Assembly (NCBI GenBank): GCA_963793865.1
Contig: CAWCBP010000001.1
Location: 672,001 to 736,000, forward strand
Direction: 5' to 3'
DNA length: 64,000 bases
Source of the DNA: an uncultured delta proteobacterium
Lineage (GTDB): Bacteria > Desulfobacterota > WTBG01
In this document: in pieces, positions 52,892 to 62,560 of the stretch
Position numbering within the stretch: the stretch's first letter is position 1
Layout: every line of letters begins with the position of its first letter
Position numbers and translations under genes: made by a program
Notes under the pieces: generated by a model
Databases searched by the model: none
Told to the model about the DNA's origin: nothing
What the model saw: only the letters and a program-made list of their open reading frames with translations

Positions 52892-54331
52892 TTAGTTATC
52901 CTCATACAAACTGCCAGCGGCCCAATCAAAATCCCCTGTTGCACTGCGGTTCCATCCCCCGCCCACAGTGGCTCTTGGACCGCTTGCTGAATTGTCTCTC
53001 CCACCACTCACGCTGGAAAAATTACCGCTTGCAGTGTTATATATGCCTCCGCTCACGCTGGAATACTCGCCGCTTGCCGAATTATTTCCTCCCCCGCTCA
53101 CGCTGGAATAAAAACTGCTTGCTTTATTACTCAACCCCCCGCTCACGCTTGATTTCTCCCCCATAGTGTGGTCTGTCAGGGTCGGATCTCCTGCTATGTT
53201 ATCCATTCCTCCAAGCACCGCTGAATAGTGGGCAAATGCAGTATTCCCATCTGCTGCTGTGTCGCCACCACCGCCGCCAACAAAGGAATAATCGCCGCTG
53301 GCAATATTATACCTGCCCCCGCTAACGCTGGCATTTGTGCCACTGGCTTCATTATTCCTACCGCCACTGATGCTGGCATTTTGGCCGCTTGCTTTGTTTG
53401 CAAGCCCCCCACCCACACTGGCCCTTTCGCCGGTTGGATTATTATAGCTACCCCCACATACTGTGGAATACATACCGATGCTGGTGTCTTCAATAGCGGG
53501 ATCGCCCGCAGTGTTAACCGTGCCTCCCAGCATTGCTGAATAGTCACCAACTGCCCAGTTACCAAGCTCGGGATTCGCACTTCCGCCACCGCCTACAAAA
53601 GAAAACATTCCAATGGCTTGATTATTGCCGCCTCCACTTATGCTGGCCGCTGTGGCGCCAGCTTCATTATTTGTTCCCCCGCTCACGCTGGATTGTATGC
53701 CGCTTGCTGTGTTCCCGCTTCCTCCACTCACACTGGCAAATTGGCCTCTTGCTTCGTTATACGATCCCCCGCTCACACTGGACATCATGACGCTTGCAGT
53801 ATTAGATTCTCCACCGCTCACAGTGGCATATTCCCCGGAAATAGTATTATAATGACCTGCTACCAGTCCCCCATACGATGAATAGTTGTGTTGTGAACCG
53901 ACTACTATATTGTGTGACCCGGTACGATCATCAGTGCCACCACCGCGAAGTTCATTATATCCTACAACCAGGTTACCCAGACCATTAACTTCTCCGTATG
54001 TATTTCCGCTCCCATCAACAATATGTACATTCACCCCGCTCAAGGTTAAATCATTCCCGTTCCTGGTTACATTTGCCAACAGTGCTTCCAGTTGTGCAAT
54101 CCGCATTTCCAACTGCTCGGCTGTCTGGCACTCTATCACCGGGCAGGGATTTAATAATGAACTTCTGCCAAAATCAGACTTGAACACAAAGGCATCCGAA
54201 CCATCCTGATCCTGATCGTTGTCAAAATTGCCTTCACAGTAGTCAACCGGTTGTGCCATGACAGATGATAAGGATAGTGAAAACATAAAAACTGCTGCAA
54301 CTGCTAAAACTACCGTTAGTCTTTTCATCAT
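52892..54331 (-). CDS. Secreted protein with N-terminal dockerin-like motif, coiled coil and Gly-rich 14-aa beta-roll repeats (YadA-head-like)
   Basis: Signal peptide; CEGNFDNDQDQDGSDAFVFKSDFGRS; many SVSGG..N.ASG.. repeats. Confidence 0.8.
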   Translation of the reverse strand: MMKRLTVVLAVAAVFMFSLSLSSVMAQPVDYCEGNFDNDQDQDGSDAFVFKSDFGRSSLLNPCPVIECQTAEQLEMRIAQLEALLANVTRNGNDLTLSGVNVHIVDGSGNTYGEVNGLGNLVVGYNELRGGGTDDRTGSHNIVVGSQHNYSSYGGLVAGHYNTISGEYATVSGGESNTASVMMSSVSGGSYNEARGQFASVSGGSGNTASGIQSSVSGGTNNEAGATAASISGGGNNQAIGMFSFVGGGGSANPELGNWAVGDYSAMLGGTVNTAGDPAIEDTSIGMYSTVCGGSYNNPTGERASVGGGLANKASGQNASISGGRNNEASGTNASVSGGRYNIASGDYSFVGGGGGDTAADGNTAFAHYSAVLGGMDNIAGDPTLTDHTMGEKSSVSGGLSNKASSFYSSVSGGGNNSASGEYSSVSGGIYNTASGNFSSVSGGRDNSASGPRATVGGGWNRSATGDFDWAAGSLYEDN

Positions 54332-54612
54332 CGTACCCTCCTTTAAATAAAATTTCCCCACTTCATCCCGTGACCACTATGGTCATAGAAAAAGCGGGGC
54401 AATTATTGTACAGCGTGTACTCACCGAATTTCCCCCTCACAGCTATTAAACATTATAATCTAATCATAAAAGGCCTCATTTTTGCAAGGACAACAAAACA
54501 GCCCCCCAGCCTATCATTGGCGGAGGGGCGGGATCGCAAGATTTTCACTTTTAATAATATTTATCTCATTCGTTTGATTTATCTGTTACCGATAATAAAT
54601 AACTGCACCTGC

Positions 54613-54870
54613 TCAGCCGAAGTGGCCCACTCTTTTTACTATTGGAGCTACCACAAGGGGCTGGCTGATTTTAACGATATGCAGTTCTTCCAATACCTTT
54701 CTTACACACACGCCAAGAAATATCGCCCACAGCAAAACCACAACCCAAGCTACAACAAAACGTGCCGCAAACATGAAAACAAACAGCGATGCTGTGAATA
54801 TCCTTAGCTCGTATAGTAAAAAGATACCTAGCAATGCTATGATAAATGCAACTGCTAATTTTTTCTTCAT
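54613..54870 (-). CDS. Small membrane protein
   Basis: GGGGG RBS; hydrophobic; lies downstream of GEMM riboswitch. Confidence 0.55.
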   Translation of the reverse strand: MKKKLAVAFIIALLGIFLLYELRIFTASLFVFMFAARFVVAWVVVLLWAIFLGVCVRKVLEELHIVKISQPLVVAPIVKRVGHFG

Positions 54871-54942
54871 AGCGACCCCCTACGTTAGGATGCTCAGTAG
54901 CAAATATAAAAAGCTGCCGTGTCTTATTCCAAAGTACAGTAC

Positions 54943-55054
54943 ATTCGGCAGCTCAGCCTTCTATTGAACCAATCCCAGAAGCACGTTCTAACTACAGCAA
55001 TAGAACTGTGGCTTTCCGTCCCCCGATTACTCGAGGTTTGGCTTTATCGTTGTG
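54943..55054 (-). ncRNA. Cyclic dinucleotide GEMM-I (c-di-GMP-I) riboswitch
   Basis: Minus strand CGATAAAGCCAAACC-TCGA-GTAA-TCGG-GGGACGGAAAGCCACAG-TTCTATTG...CAATAGAA-GGCTGAGCTGCCGAA; overlapping terminator AGCTGCCG...CGGCAGCT-TTTT (54906-54953). Confidence 0.85.
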
Positions 55055-55216
55055 TTTAAATTATTTATACCCATAAAAACACAGAAAAGTAAATAGGCAA
55101 AACTCTGATTTTTAACTTCGAAAAACCTGATTTTTGACAAAGCAGCCCCCCAGCCTAATAGTGGCCAAGGGGCTATTTTGCAAAGAGGTTAATGTAGCGA
55201 GGATGGATAACTCACA

Positions 55217-55946
55217 TCAAAACGGCGTCAGCACCCGTCCTCCTCTGACAGGCCATACAAAGCCGTAGTTAATTTTAAGGCTGCTGCTCGCGGAACCAAC
55301 GTTCATGTTAACACTCCAAGCAAAGGGAGTATCAAGGATGTAAGTAGTGGACGACCAGTAATAGTTTAACCGCACGTTAGTAAATGGATGCTCAGAGGGG
55401 AGTGCTGGAGAAGCATTTTCAGGATCAACCAAACTAAACAATTCCCTGTAATTAGGAAGACGCCAATCACCGGCACCGGAGCCATCGGTAAGTCCACAGC
55501 TACCACTTGCCAAGCCATTGCAATCCGATAGTGCCTGATCCCATGTTCGTGTGGAAAAACAATCGGCATTCTTTAGCCAAATCAGTCCTGTTAATGTGTC
55601 CAGTACGGTCCCATCTCCATTATCAGTGAATCGTGGATTTGGCCAGGCAATCCCACTCTGGTATTCTCCGTTTTCACCAGTGCCGACACAGTTTCTTAGC
55701 GTTCCAGTGGAATCATAACATAGTCTTTGCCCTGTCATGGGAATTGGAGCGGGTCCATCTTCAGGACAAGGATCAATTATTCCACTTCTTCCAAAATCAG
55801 TTTTAAAGGTAAAAGCATCAGTACCATCCTGCGTCTCTATCATAGTCAAAGTTACCTTCACAATAGTCAACTTGTGCTATGGCTAACGGTGTTAACATAA
55901 AAGAAAGACATACAACCAAACCCAACAGCTTTACCAGCTTACGCAT
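55217..55946 (-). CDS. Secreted DUF1566 (Lcl C-terminal) protein with N-terminal dockerin-like motif; +1 frameshift ~55832
   Basis: ATG 55946 with signal peptide, VDYCEGNFDYDRD/QDGTDAFTFKTDFGRS; RFTDNGDGTV.D.LTGLIW, DWRLPN..EL, YWSST, VWPVRGG. Confidence 0.85.
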
Positions 55947-56063
55947 CTCCTACCTCCTCCTTGTCGATTGATTATTATTGGCTCACACAGACTCTCAACG
56001 GAAAACAATAAAAAAAGGCAGTTATTAGTATTGCCATAACCACCTCTTTTTTCAATTGCTTTT

Positions 56064-56139
<76 letters not shown>

Positions 56140-56229
56140 GCCATTGAATTGCATGATAAAATCTATAAGAAAACGTGCAACACTTATAGCCCCTTTGGGA
56201 GGGTTTGTCAACAAAATGCCGAGGCATTC

Positions 56230-57654
56230 CTAGGAGTCGGTAGGGATGCCCTTGCTCTTACCGGTCCAACAGTAGGTACACACCTTTTCCTGCGGCAGCC
56301 CGATTGCCTTGATCATTTTGTTCAGCTTCTGGTAGCGCAGGGAGGTGACGCCGATCTTCCGCCCGATGGTATCGACCATTGCGGCATATCGCTCAGATGA
56401 ATCGTCGGCGTATTGTTCAAGTGCTGTTTTGGGGCCGTCGCCTTCCATCTCGATGATGGCTTTTCGCGCGGCGAGATCCAGCTCGGATCGGAAGCGGGAA
56501 AAGTTGAGAAATTTGCAGCCGAAGATCAGGGGAGGGCAGGCGGGTCGCAGGTGGATCTCACGCGCGCCGTATTCGTACAGCCGCTCCAGGGTTACCCTGA
56601 GCTGGGTGCCCCGGACAATGGAGTCATCGCAGAAGAGCAGGCGCTTGCCTTCGGTCAGCTCTTTTATGGGAATCAATTTCATCTTGGCTATCAGGTCACG
56701 GGTATACTGCTGCTGGGGCATGAAGCTCCTTGGCCAGGTGGGCGTGTATTTGACGAAAGGGCGGGAATAGCGTAAACGCGACTTGGCGGCAAACCCGAGG
56801 GCGTGGGCAATGCCCGAGTCGGGGATGCCGGACACGGAGTCCACCTCGACCGTCTCATCCTCGGCAAGCGCGGCGCCGCAGCGGTAGCGGGTGGCCTCGA
56901 CGTTGATGCCCTCATAACTGGAGGCAGGGTAGCCGTAATAGATCCACAGGAAACAGCAGATGTGCAGGTCGTTATTGGGCGGGTTTTTCTGCTCAATGCC
57001 GTCAGGGGTGAGCAGCACCGTTTCGCCGGGGCCCAGGTCCCGTTCCACAGAATACCCCAGATTGGGCAGTGCGGAAGTCTCCATGGTGACGGCAAAGCCG
57101 TCCTCATTCCTTCCGATGATGACCGGGGTTCTCCCGTAGCGGTCGCGGGCGGCATAAATCCCCTTTTGGGTGAGCAGCAGCAGCGAGCAGGATCCCTGGA
57201 TCTGTTCCTGCACATTTTTTATTCCCTGCTCAAAGCTCTCCTCCTGGTCTATAAGGGTTGCTATCAGTTCAGTGGGATTGATTTCGTTGCCGCTCATCTC
57301 GGAAAAATGGATGCCCCGTTTGCGGAAGGCCTGCTGGGCAAGGGCCGTGGCGTTTTTCACCACGCCCACCGTAACCATCGCATAGCGCCCGAGGTGTGAG
57401 CCGATGATGAGGGGCTGGTCCTCGTAATCGCTGATGACCCCGATTCCGCACCTTCCGTGCATGGTGGTTATGTCATATTCGAACTTGCTCCTGAAGGGCG
57501 AGTTGCTGATATCGTGAATGAACCTGGTGAACCGGCCGTCGTTAATTGTGGCCAGGCCGCCGCGGCGGGTGCCGAGATGAGAATGATAGTCGGTTCCGTA
57601 GAAAAGGTCTGAAACACAGTCCTGCTTTGAGACAACACCGAAGAATCCGCCCAC
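56230..57654 (-). CDS. purF: Amidophosphoribosyltransferase, variant lacking the N-terminal catalytic Cys
   Basis: ARDRYGRTP, GIPDSG, DDSIVRGT PRPP loop, C-terminal CTYC; begins MGGFFG. Confidence 0.85.
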   Translation of the reverse strand: MGGFFGVVSKQDCVSDLFYGTDYHSHLGTRRGGLATINDGRFTRFIHDISNSPFRSKFEYDITTMHGRCGIGVISDYEDQPLIIGSHLGRYAMVTVGVVKNATALAQQAFRKRGIHFSEMSGNEINPTELIATLIDQEESFEQGIKNVQEQIQGSCSLLLLTQKGIYAARDRYGRTPVIIGRNEDGFAVTMETSALPNLGYSVERDLGPGETVLLTPDGIEQKNPPNNDLHICCFLWIYYGYPASSYEGINVEATRYRCGAALAEDETVEVDSVSGIPDSGIAHALGFAAKSRLRYSRPFVKYTPTWPRSFMPQQQYTRDLIAKMKLIPIKELTEGKRLLFCDDSIVRGTQLRVTLERLYEYGAREIHLRPACPPLIFGCKFLNFSRFRSELDLAARKAIIEMEGDGPKTALEQYADDSSERYAAMVDTIGRKIGVTSLRYQKLNKMIKAIGLPQEKVCTYCWTGKSKGIPTDS

Positions 57655-57684
57655 GGCTGCTCCTTAATGGTTTACGGTTAACGG

Positions 57685-60600
57685 TTAATGAAAGTCCGCA
57701 TGATAGCGCTGCAGCGATTTAACATCAATCGGGCTGTTACTGCATGCCTCAATGCCCTTGGCGGCAGCCAGGGCTGCCGCTATGGTAGTCACATACGGGA
57801 CCCGGTACCTGATGGCCGCCTTGCGAATATATGAATCATCGGCCTTGCTGGCCTTGCCGCGGGGCGTGTTGATGACGATCTGGATTTCCCCGTTTTTAAT
57901 CAGGTCCGCAATGTGGGGACGGCTCTCGTGCATTTTGTTTACCGCCTGGGAGGAAATGCCATGGCGGCCGAGCGCATCCTTCGTGCCGCCCGTGGCCATG
58001 ATGGCGAAGCCGAGACCCTGGAATCGCCTCGCGACGTCTATCACCGCCGCCTTGTCCTTGTCGGCAACCGTGATCAGCACCGTGCCGGAGAGGGGGAGGC
58101 GACTTTGGGCCGCGTCCTGCGCCTTGAAGTAGGCCATGCCGAATGAGGATGCCATGCCCAGAACCTCGCCCGTAGATCTCATCTCGGGTCCTAAAACCGG
58201 GTCCACCTCGGGATAGAAATAGAAAGGGAAGACGGCCTCCTTCACCCCGTAGTGTGAAAGGGGTCTCGATTTCAGGTTCAGATCCCTGATCTTTTTGCCC
58301 AGCATGAGCTGCGTGGCGATGCGGGCCATGGAGATGCCGCACACCTTGCTTACCAGGGGCACGGTCCTGCTGGCCCGCGGGTTGGCCTCAAGGATGTAAA
58401 CCATGTCCCGGTAAATGGCGTACTGTATGTTCATCAGGCCGACCACATGCAGCTCCAGGGCGATGGTGCGGGTGTACTCGATAATGGTATCGATGTGCTT
58501 GGCGGGAATGGTGATGGGAGGGATGACGCAGGCGGAATCACCCGAGTGAATGCCCGCCTCCTCGATGTGCTCCATGACCGCGGGGACAAACACCTCGACG
58601 CCGTCGGCGATGGCATCGGCCTCCGCCTCGATGGCGTTGTCCAGAAACTTGTCAATGAGAATGGGGCGCTCCGGCGAAATATCCACCGCCGCCTTCACGT
58701 AACGCCTGAGCATGGACTCGTCGTGCACGATCTCCATGGCCCGCCCGCCCAGCACAAAAGACGGCCGTACCATGAGCGGGTAGCCGATCCGGGCTGCAAT
58801 GTCCATTGCCTGGTCAAGGGTGCTGGCCATGCCGCTTTCCGGCTGGGGTATGTTCAGCTTCTGCATTTTCTGTCGGAAGCGGTCGCGGTCCTCGGCCAGC
58901 CCGATGGTGTCCACCGAGGTGCCGATGATGGTTACCCCCGCCTCCTCGAGCTCGGCGGCGATGTTGAGCGGCGTCTGGCCGCCGAACTGGCAGATGATGC
59001 CCGCGGGCTTTTCCTTCTCATAAATGCTGAGCACATCCTCGACCGTCAGGGGCTCGAAATACAGCTTGTTGGAGGTGTCATAATCGGTGGATACCGTTTC
59101 GGGATTGCAGTTGACCATGATGGATTCGATGCCGACATCGCGCAGGGCGAACGCGGCATGCACGCAGCAGTAGTCGAACTCGATTCCCTGGCCGATGCGG
59201 TTCGGCCCTCCGCCGAGCACCATCACCTTGCGGTTGGGGGAAACGGTGGTGACATCCGGGGCGTTGTAGGTGGAGTAGTAATAGGCGGCCTTTTCCACGC
59301 CGCTCACCGGCACCGGGTGCCAGCCCTCGACCACGCCCAGCTTTGTGCGGCGGGCGCGGATCTCCTTCTCCGGAATGTTCAGCAGCCCGGAAAGGTAGCG
59401 GTCGGCAAAACCGTCCTTTTTTGCCTGTACCAGCAGGGCGTCGGGAAGCTCTTTGCCCCTGAAGGCAAGCAGCTGTTCTTCCAGCTCCACCAGCTCCTGC
59501 ATCTGCTTGATGAACCAGGTCTTGATGTGGGTCTTTTCAAAAAGCGCCTCCGGGGAGGCTCCCTTGCGCAGGGCCTCATACATGATGAACTGGCGCTCGC
59601 TTGAAGGTTCATTGAGCAGGGCCATCAACTCTTCGAGCGATCGCCTGTTATAATCCCTGGCGAAACCGAGGCCGTAGCGGCCGTCCTCACGGGAGCGGAT
59701 GGCCTTCTGAAACGCCTCCTTGTAATTCTTGCCGATGCTCATCACCTCGCCCACCGCCTTCATCTGCGTGCCCAGCTTGTCCTCCAGCCCCTCGAATTTC
59801 TCAAAGGCCCAGCGGGAGAACTTGACCACCACGTAGTCGCCCGAGGGGGTGTATTTTTCAAGGGTGCCGTCGCGCCAGTAGGGGATTTCATCCAGCGTCA
59901 GACCCCCGGCTAAAAGTGACGAGACGTAGGCAATGGGAAAGCCGGTCGCCTTGGAGGCCAGCGCGGATGATCTGGAGGTGCGGGGGTTGATCTCAATGAT
60001 CACCACCCGGCCTGTCTTTGGATCGTGTGCGAACTGGATGTTGGTGCCGCCGATAACGCCGATGGACTCCACCACATCGTAGGAATACTGCTGCAGCCGC
60101 TTCTGCAGGTCGGGGGAGATGGTGAGCATGGGCGCGGTGCAGTAGCTGTCGCCGGTATGCACGCCCATGGCGTCAACATTCTCGATGAAGCACACGGTGA
60201 TCATCTGGTTTTTGGAGTCGCGCACCACCTCCAGCTCCAGTTCCTCCCAGCCGAGCACCGATTCCTCAACCAGTATCTGGCCCACCAGGCTGGCCTGCAG
60301 ACCCCGCGCGGCGATGGTGCGGAACTCCTCCATGTTATACACCAGGCCGCCCCCGGTCCCTCCCATGGTATAGGCCGGGCGGATGACGCAGGGAAGCCCG
60401 ATATCGGCCACTATTTTTTCAGCCTCCTCCATGGTGTTGGCGACGGCGCTTCGGGGCATGTCAATCCCGAGATTGTTCATGGTGTCCTTAAAGGCCTGGC
60501 GGTCCTCCCCGCGCCTGATGGCATCCACCTGGACCCCGATGACCTTGACGCCGTATTTGTCGAGCACGCCGGCTCGGGCAAGCTCCGAGGACAAATTGAG

Positions 60601-60885
60601 CCCCGACTGGCCGCCCAGATTGGGGAGCAGGGCATCCGGCCGTTCCTTTTCTATGATCTTGGTCATGGATTCGACGGTGAGCGGTTCCAGGTAGGTGGTA
60701 TCCGCCATCTCCGGATCGGTCATGATGGTCGCGGGGTTGGAGTTGGCAAGAACAATTTTGTAGCCCAGGCTGCGCAGGGCCTTGCAGGCCTGAGTCCCTG
60801 AGTAGTCGAACTCACAAGCCTGCCCGATGACGATGGGACCGGAACCGATGATCATCACCTTGCGAATGTCAGTGCGTTTTGGCAT
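57685..60885 (-). CDS. carB: Carbamoyl-phosphate synthase large subunit
   Basis: MPKRTDI, GSGPIVIGQACEFDYSG, GPNRIGQGIEFDYC, MGS domain. Confidence 0.98.
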   Translation of the reverse strand: MPKRTDIRKVMIIGSGPIVIGQACEFDYSGTQACKALRSLGYKIVLANSNPATIMTDPEMADTTYLEPLTVESMTKIIEKERPDALLPNLGGQSGLNLSSELARAGVLDKYGVKVIGVQVDAIRRGEDRQAFKDTMNNLGIDMPRSAVANTMEEAEKIVADIGLPCVIRPAYTMGGTGGGLVYNMEEFRTIAARGLQASLVGQILVEESVLGWEELELEVVRDSKNQMITVCFIENVDAMGVHTGDSYCTAPMLTISPDLQKRLQQYSYDVVESIGVIGGTNIQFAHDPKTGRVVIIEINPRTSRSSALASKATGFPIAYVSSLLAGGLTLDEIPYWRDGTLEKYTPSGDYVVVKFSRWAFEKFEGLEDKLGTQMKAVGEVMSIGKNYKEAFQKAIRSREDGRYGLGFARDYNRRSLEELMALLNEPSSERQFIMYEALRKGASPEALFEKTHIKTWFIKQMQELVELEEQLLAFRGKELPDALLVQAKKDGFADRYLSGLLNIPEKEIRARRTKLGVVEGWHPVPVSGVEKAAYYYSTYNAPDVTTVSPNRKVMVLGGGPNRIGQGIEFDYCCVHAAFALRDVGIESIMVNCNPETVSTDYDTSNKLYFEPLTVEDVLSIYEKEKPAGIICQFGGQTPLNIAAELEEAGVTIIGTSVDTIGLAEDRDRFRQKMQKLNIPQPESGMASTLDQAMDIAARIGYPLMVRPSFVLGGRAMEIVHDESMLRRYVKAAVDISPERPILIDKFLDNAIEAEADAIADGVEVFVPAVMEHIEEAGIHSGDSACVIPPITIPAKHIDTIIEYTRTIALELHVVGLMNIQYAIYRDMVYILEANPRASRTVPLVSKVCGISMARIATQLMLGKKIRDLNLKSRPLSHYGVKEAVFPFYFYPEVDPVLGPEMRSTGEVLGMASSFGMAYFKAQDAAQSRLPLSGTVLITVADKDKAAVIDVARRFQGLGFAIMATGGTKDALGRHGISSQAVNKMHESRPHIADLIKNGEIQIVINTPRGKASKADDSYIRKAAIRYRVPYVTTIAAALAAAKGIEACSNSPIDVKSLQRYHADFH

Positions 60886-61131
60886 GGTACCTCCGTGTTA
60901 CCTTGCAGGAGCATCAAGGGTCATCTTCTACATACGGCGAGGTAACCTACCATAAAATTATTTTTATGCAACGAATATTATGGATGGCGCACAATAATGT
61001 TCGCGGCGTCCGGCAGGCAAAACGCAGGAGTAGAAAAGGCGTGTTCTGTGAATCGGGACGGAGGGAAAAGCCGGGGCCGGGATCGCGCCGGAACCGATGC
61101 GCGGCAGCGCGTTCCCGGTTCGGCCCAAGGG

Positions 61132-61524
61132 TCATTTTTTGAGCAGGCGTTCCACCCGTTTGATAAGAAAATTGGGGTCGACCGGCTTGTCAATGTACTC
61201 GTCGGCATGGGGTGAACCGGAGGCCGACTCGGCATCGGGAAATATGAGGGAGCTGCTTTCGATGCTGGTCAGCACAATAACCGGTATGGACGCGGTGGAG
61301 GGGGTTTTCTTTAAATCAGCGCAGGCAACAAATCCGTCCTTTTCCGGCATCATTACGTCAAGGATGATCAGATCGGGAGATTCGCTGCCGGCTTTTTCCA
61401 GGCCCTCCGTGCCGTTATAGGCGTGCACGACTTCATAGCCTGCCGCCTCCAGCGCCATTCTGACCATCTTGACTTCACTGGGCTGGTCGTCGATTATCAG
61501 GATTTTGGCCTTTCCCTCTGACAT
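61132..61524 (-). CDS. Single-domain response regulator
   Basis: ILIIDD, LDVMMP, KP. Confidence 0.9.
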   Translation of the reverse strand: MSEGKAKILIIDDQPSEVKMVRMALEAAGYEVVHAYNGTEGLEKAGSESPDLIILDVMMPEKDGFVACADLKKTPSTASIPVIVLTSIESSSLIFPDAESASGSPHADEYIDKPVDPNFLIKRVERLLKK

Positions 61525-61539
61525 ACGATCCTCCTTCGG

Positions 61540-62490
61540 TTAGCTTATTTTTTGTGAGTCGTACTCGCACCATTCCCAGAGATCATCCTTGAGCGTTTCA
61601 TAGCGCTCCCGCACATCCTCGTACGTGCGTGCGTTTTCAAGGGCAATTGTGACCTGCCCGATGAAGCCGTTGAGCAGGTCCAGCTCGCTGCCGGTTAACT
61701 CCCGTGCCTCCCGGCTGTATATGCGCATCATGCCGATAACCTCGTTTTTGAGCTTCAGAGGGAAGGAGAAGATGGAGGTGATTCCCTCCTGCTGGGCTTC
61801 AAAGAGATGTTCCGCCTGGGGGGAGGTGGTGATATCCATAATGCTTTCGGGGGTCCCGGCTAGTACGGTGGAAAGGTAACGGTCCGCGGCAATGGGCCCC
61901 TTTTGAAGATATGCGGCGCTCAGGCCGTGTGCCGCACATATCCTGAAGAACTCCTTTTTATGGTCCAGCAGGCTGATGGCGCACCCCTTGACGGCGAAAA
62001 GCCCGGTTATCCCGGTGACGATGAGGTTCAGCACCTCGCGCAGGTTAAGCGTCGAGTGAATGGTGTTCACCAGCCGTTGGAACTGGGCTTCCCGCTCATG
62101 CTGCTGCCGTGCCGCGCGCTCGCCGGCAAGCGCCTTGCGCACCACCGCCAGCAGCTCATCGGGGGTGAAGGGCTTGGGCAGGTAGTCGCACGCCCCCAGC
62201 TTCATGGTACTGCGGGCGGTTTCGACCGAGGCAAACCCGGTGAACATGACCACGGTGATGTCCGGCGCCTGGCGCTTCATCTGCTCCAGGGTCTGCACGC
62301 CATCCATCCCCGGCATTTTAATATCGCTCAACACCAGGTGGTAGCGTTTTTCCTTCAGTTTTCGCAGTGCCTCCCGGCCATCCATGGCCGAGTCAACCTC
62401 ATAGCCCTCTTCGCGCAATATCCTGCCGCAGCTTTCGTGGATGATTATTTCATCATCAACCACCAGAATGCTGATCCTGTCTTCGTCCAT
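61540..62490 (-). CDS. Response regulator receiver + GAF domain protein
   Basis: LVVDDE, SDIKMP, LPKPF; STLNL.EVL..., IALENAR.Y. Confidence 0.88.
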   Translation of the reverse strand: MDEDRISILVVDDEIIIHESCGRILREEGYEVDSAMDGREALRKLKEKRYHLVLSDIKMPGMDGVQTLEQMKRQAPDITVVMFTGFASVETARSTMKLGACDYLPKPFTPDELLAVVRKALAGERAARQQHEREAQFQRLVNTIHSTLNLREVLNLIVTGITGLFAVKGCAISLLDHKKEFFRICAAHGLSAAYLQKGPIAADRYLSTVLAGTPESIMDITTSPQAEHLFEAQQEGITSIFSFPLKLKNEVIGMMRIYSREARELTGSELDLLNGFIGQVTIALENARTYEDVRERYETLKDDLWEWCEYDSQKIS

Positions 62491-62560
62491 GGGAAGATCC
62501 TCCCTGAGCAGTGCCGGTGCGCATACGCCCCCGGCAAGGAATGCGGGGCTCGCGCCGGGC

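Noticed and set aside
52950..53830. Repeated CCGCTCACGCTGGA units as CRISPR or DGR repeats
   Set aside because: They are the coding SVSGG 14-aa repeats of the minus-strand gene; no reverse transcriptase nearby
58447..60801. Long plus-strand ORFs (385 aa, 258 aa)
   Set aside because: Antisense shadows of GC-rich carB
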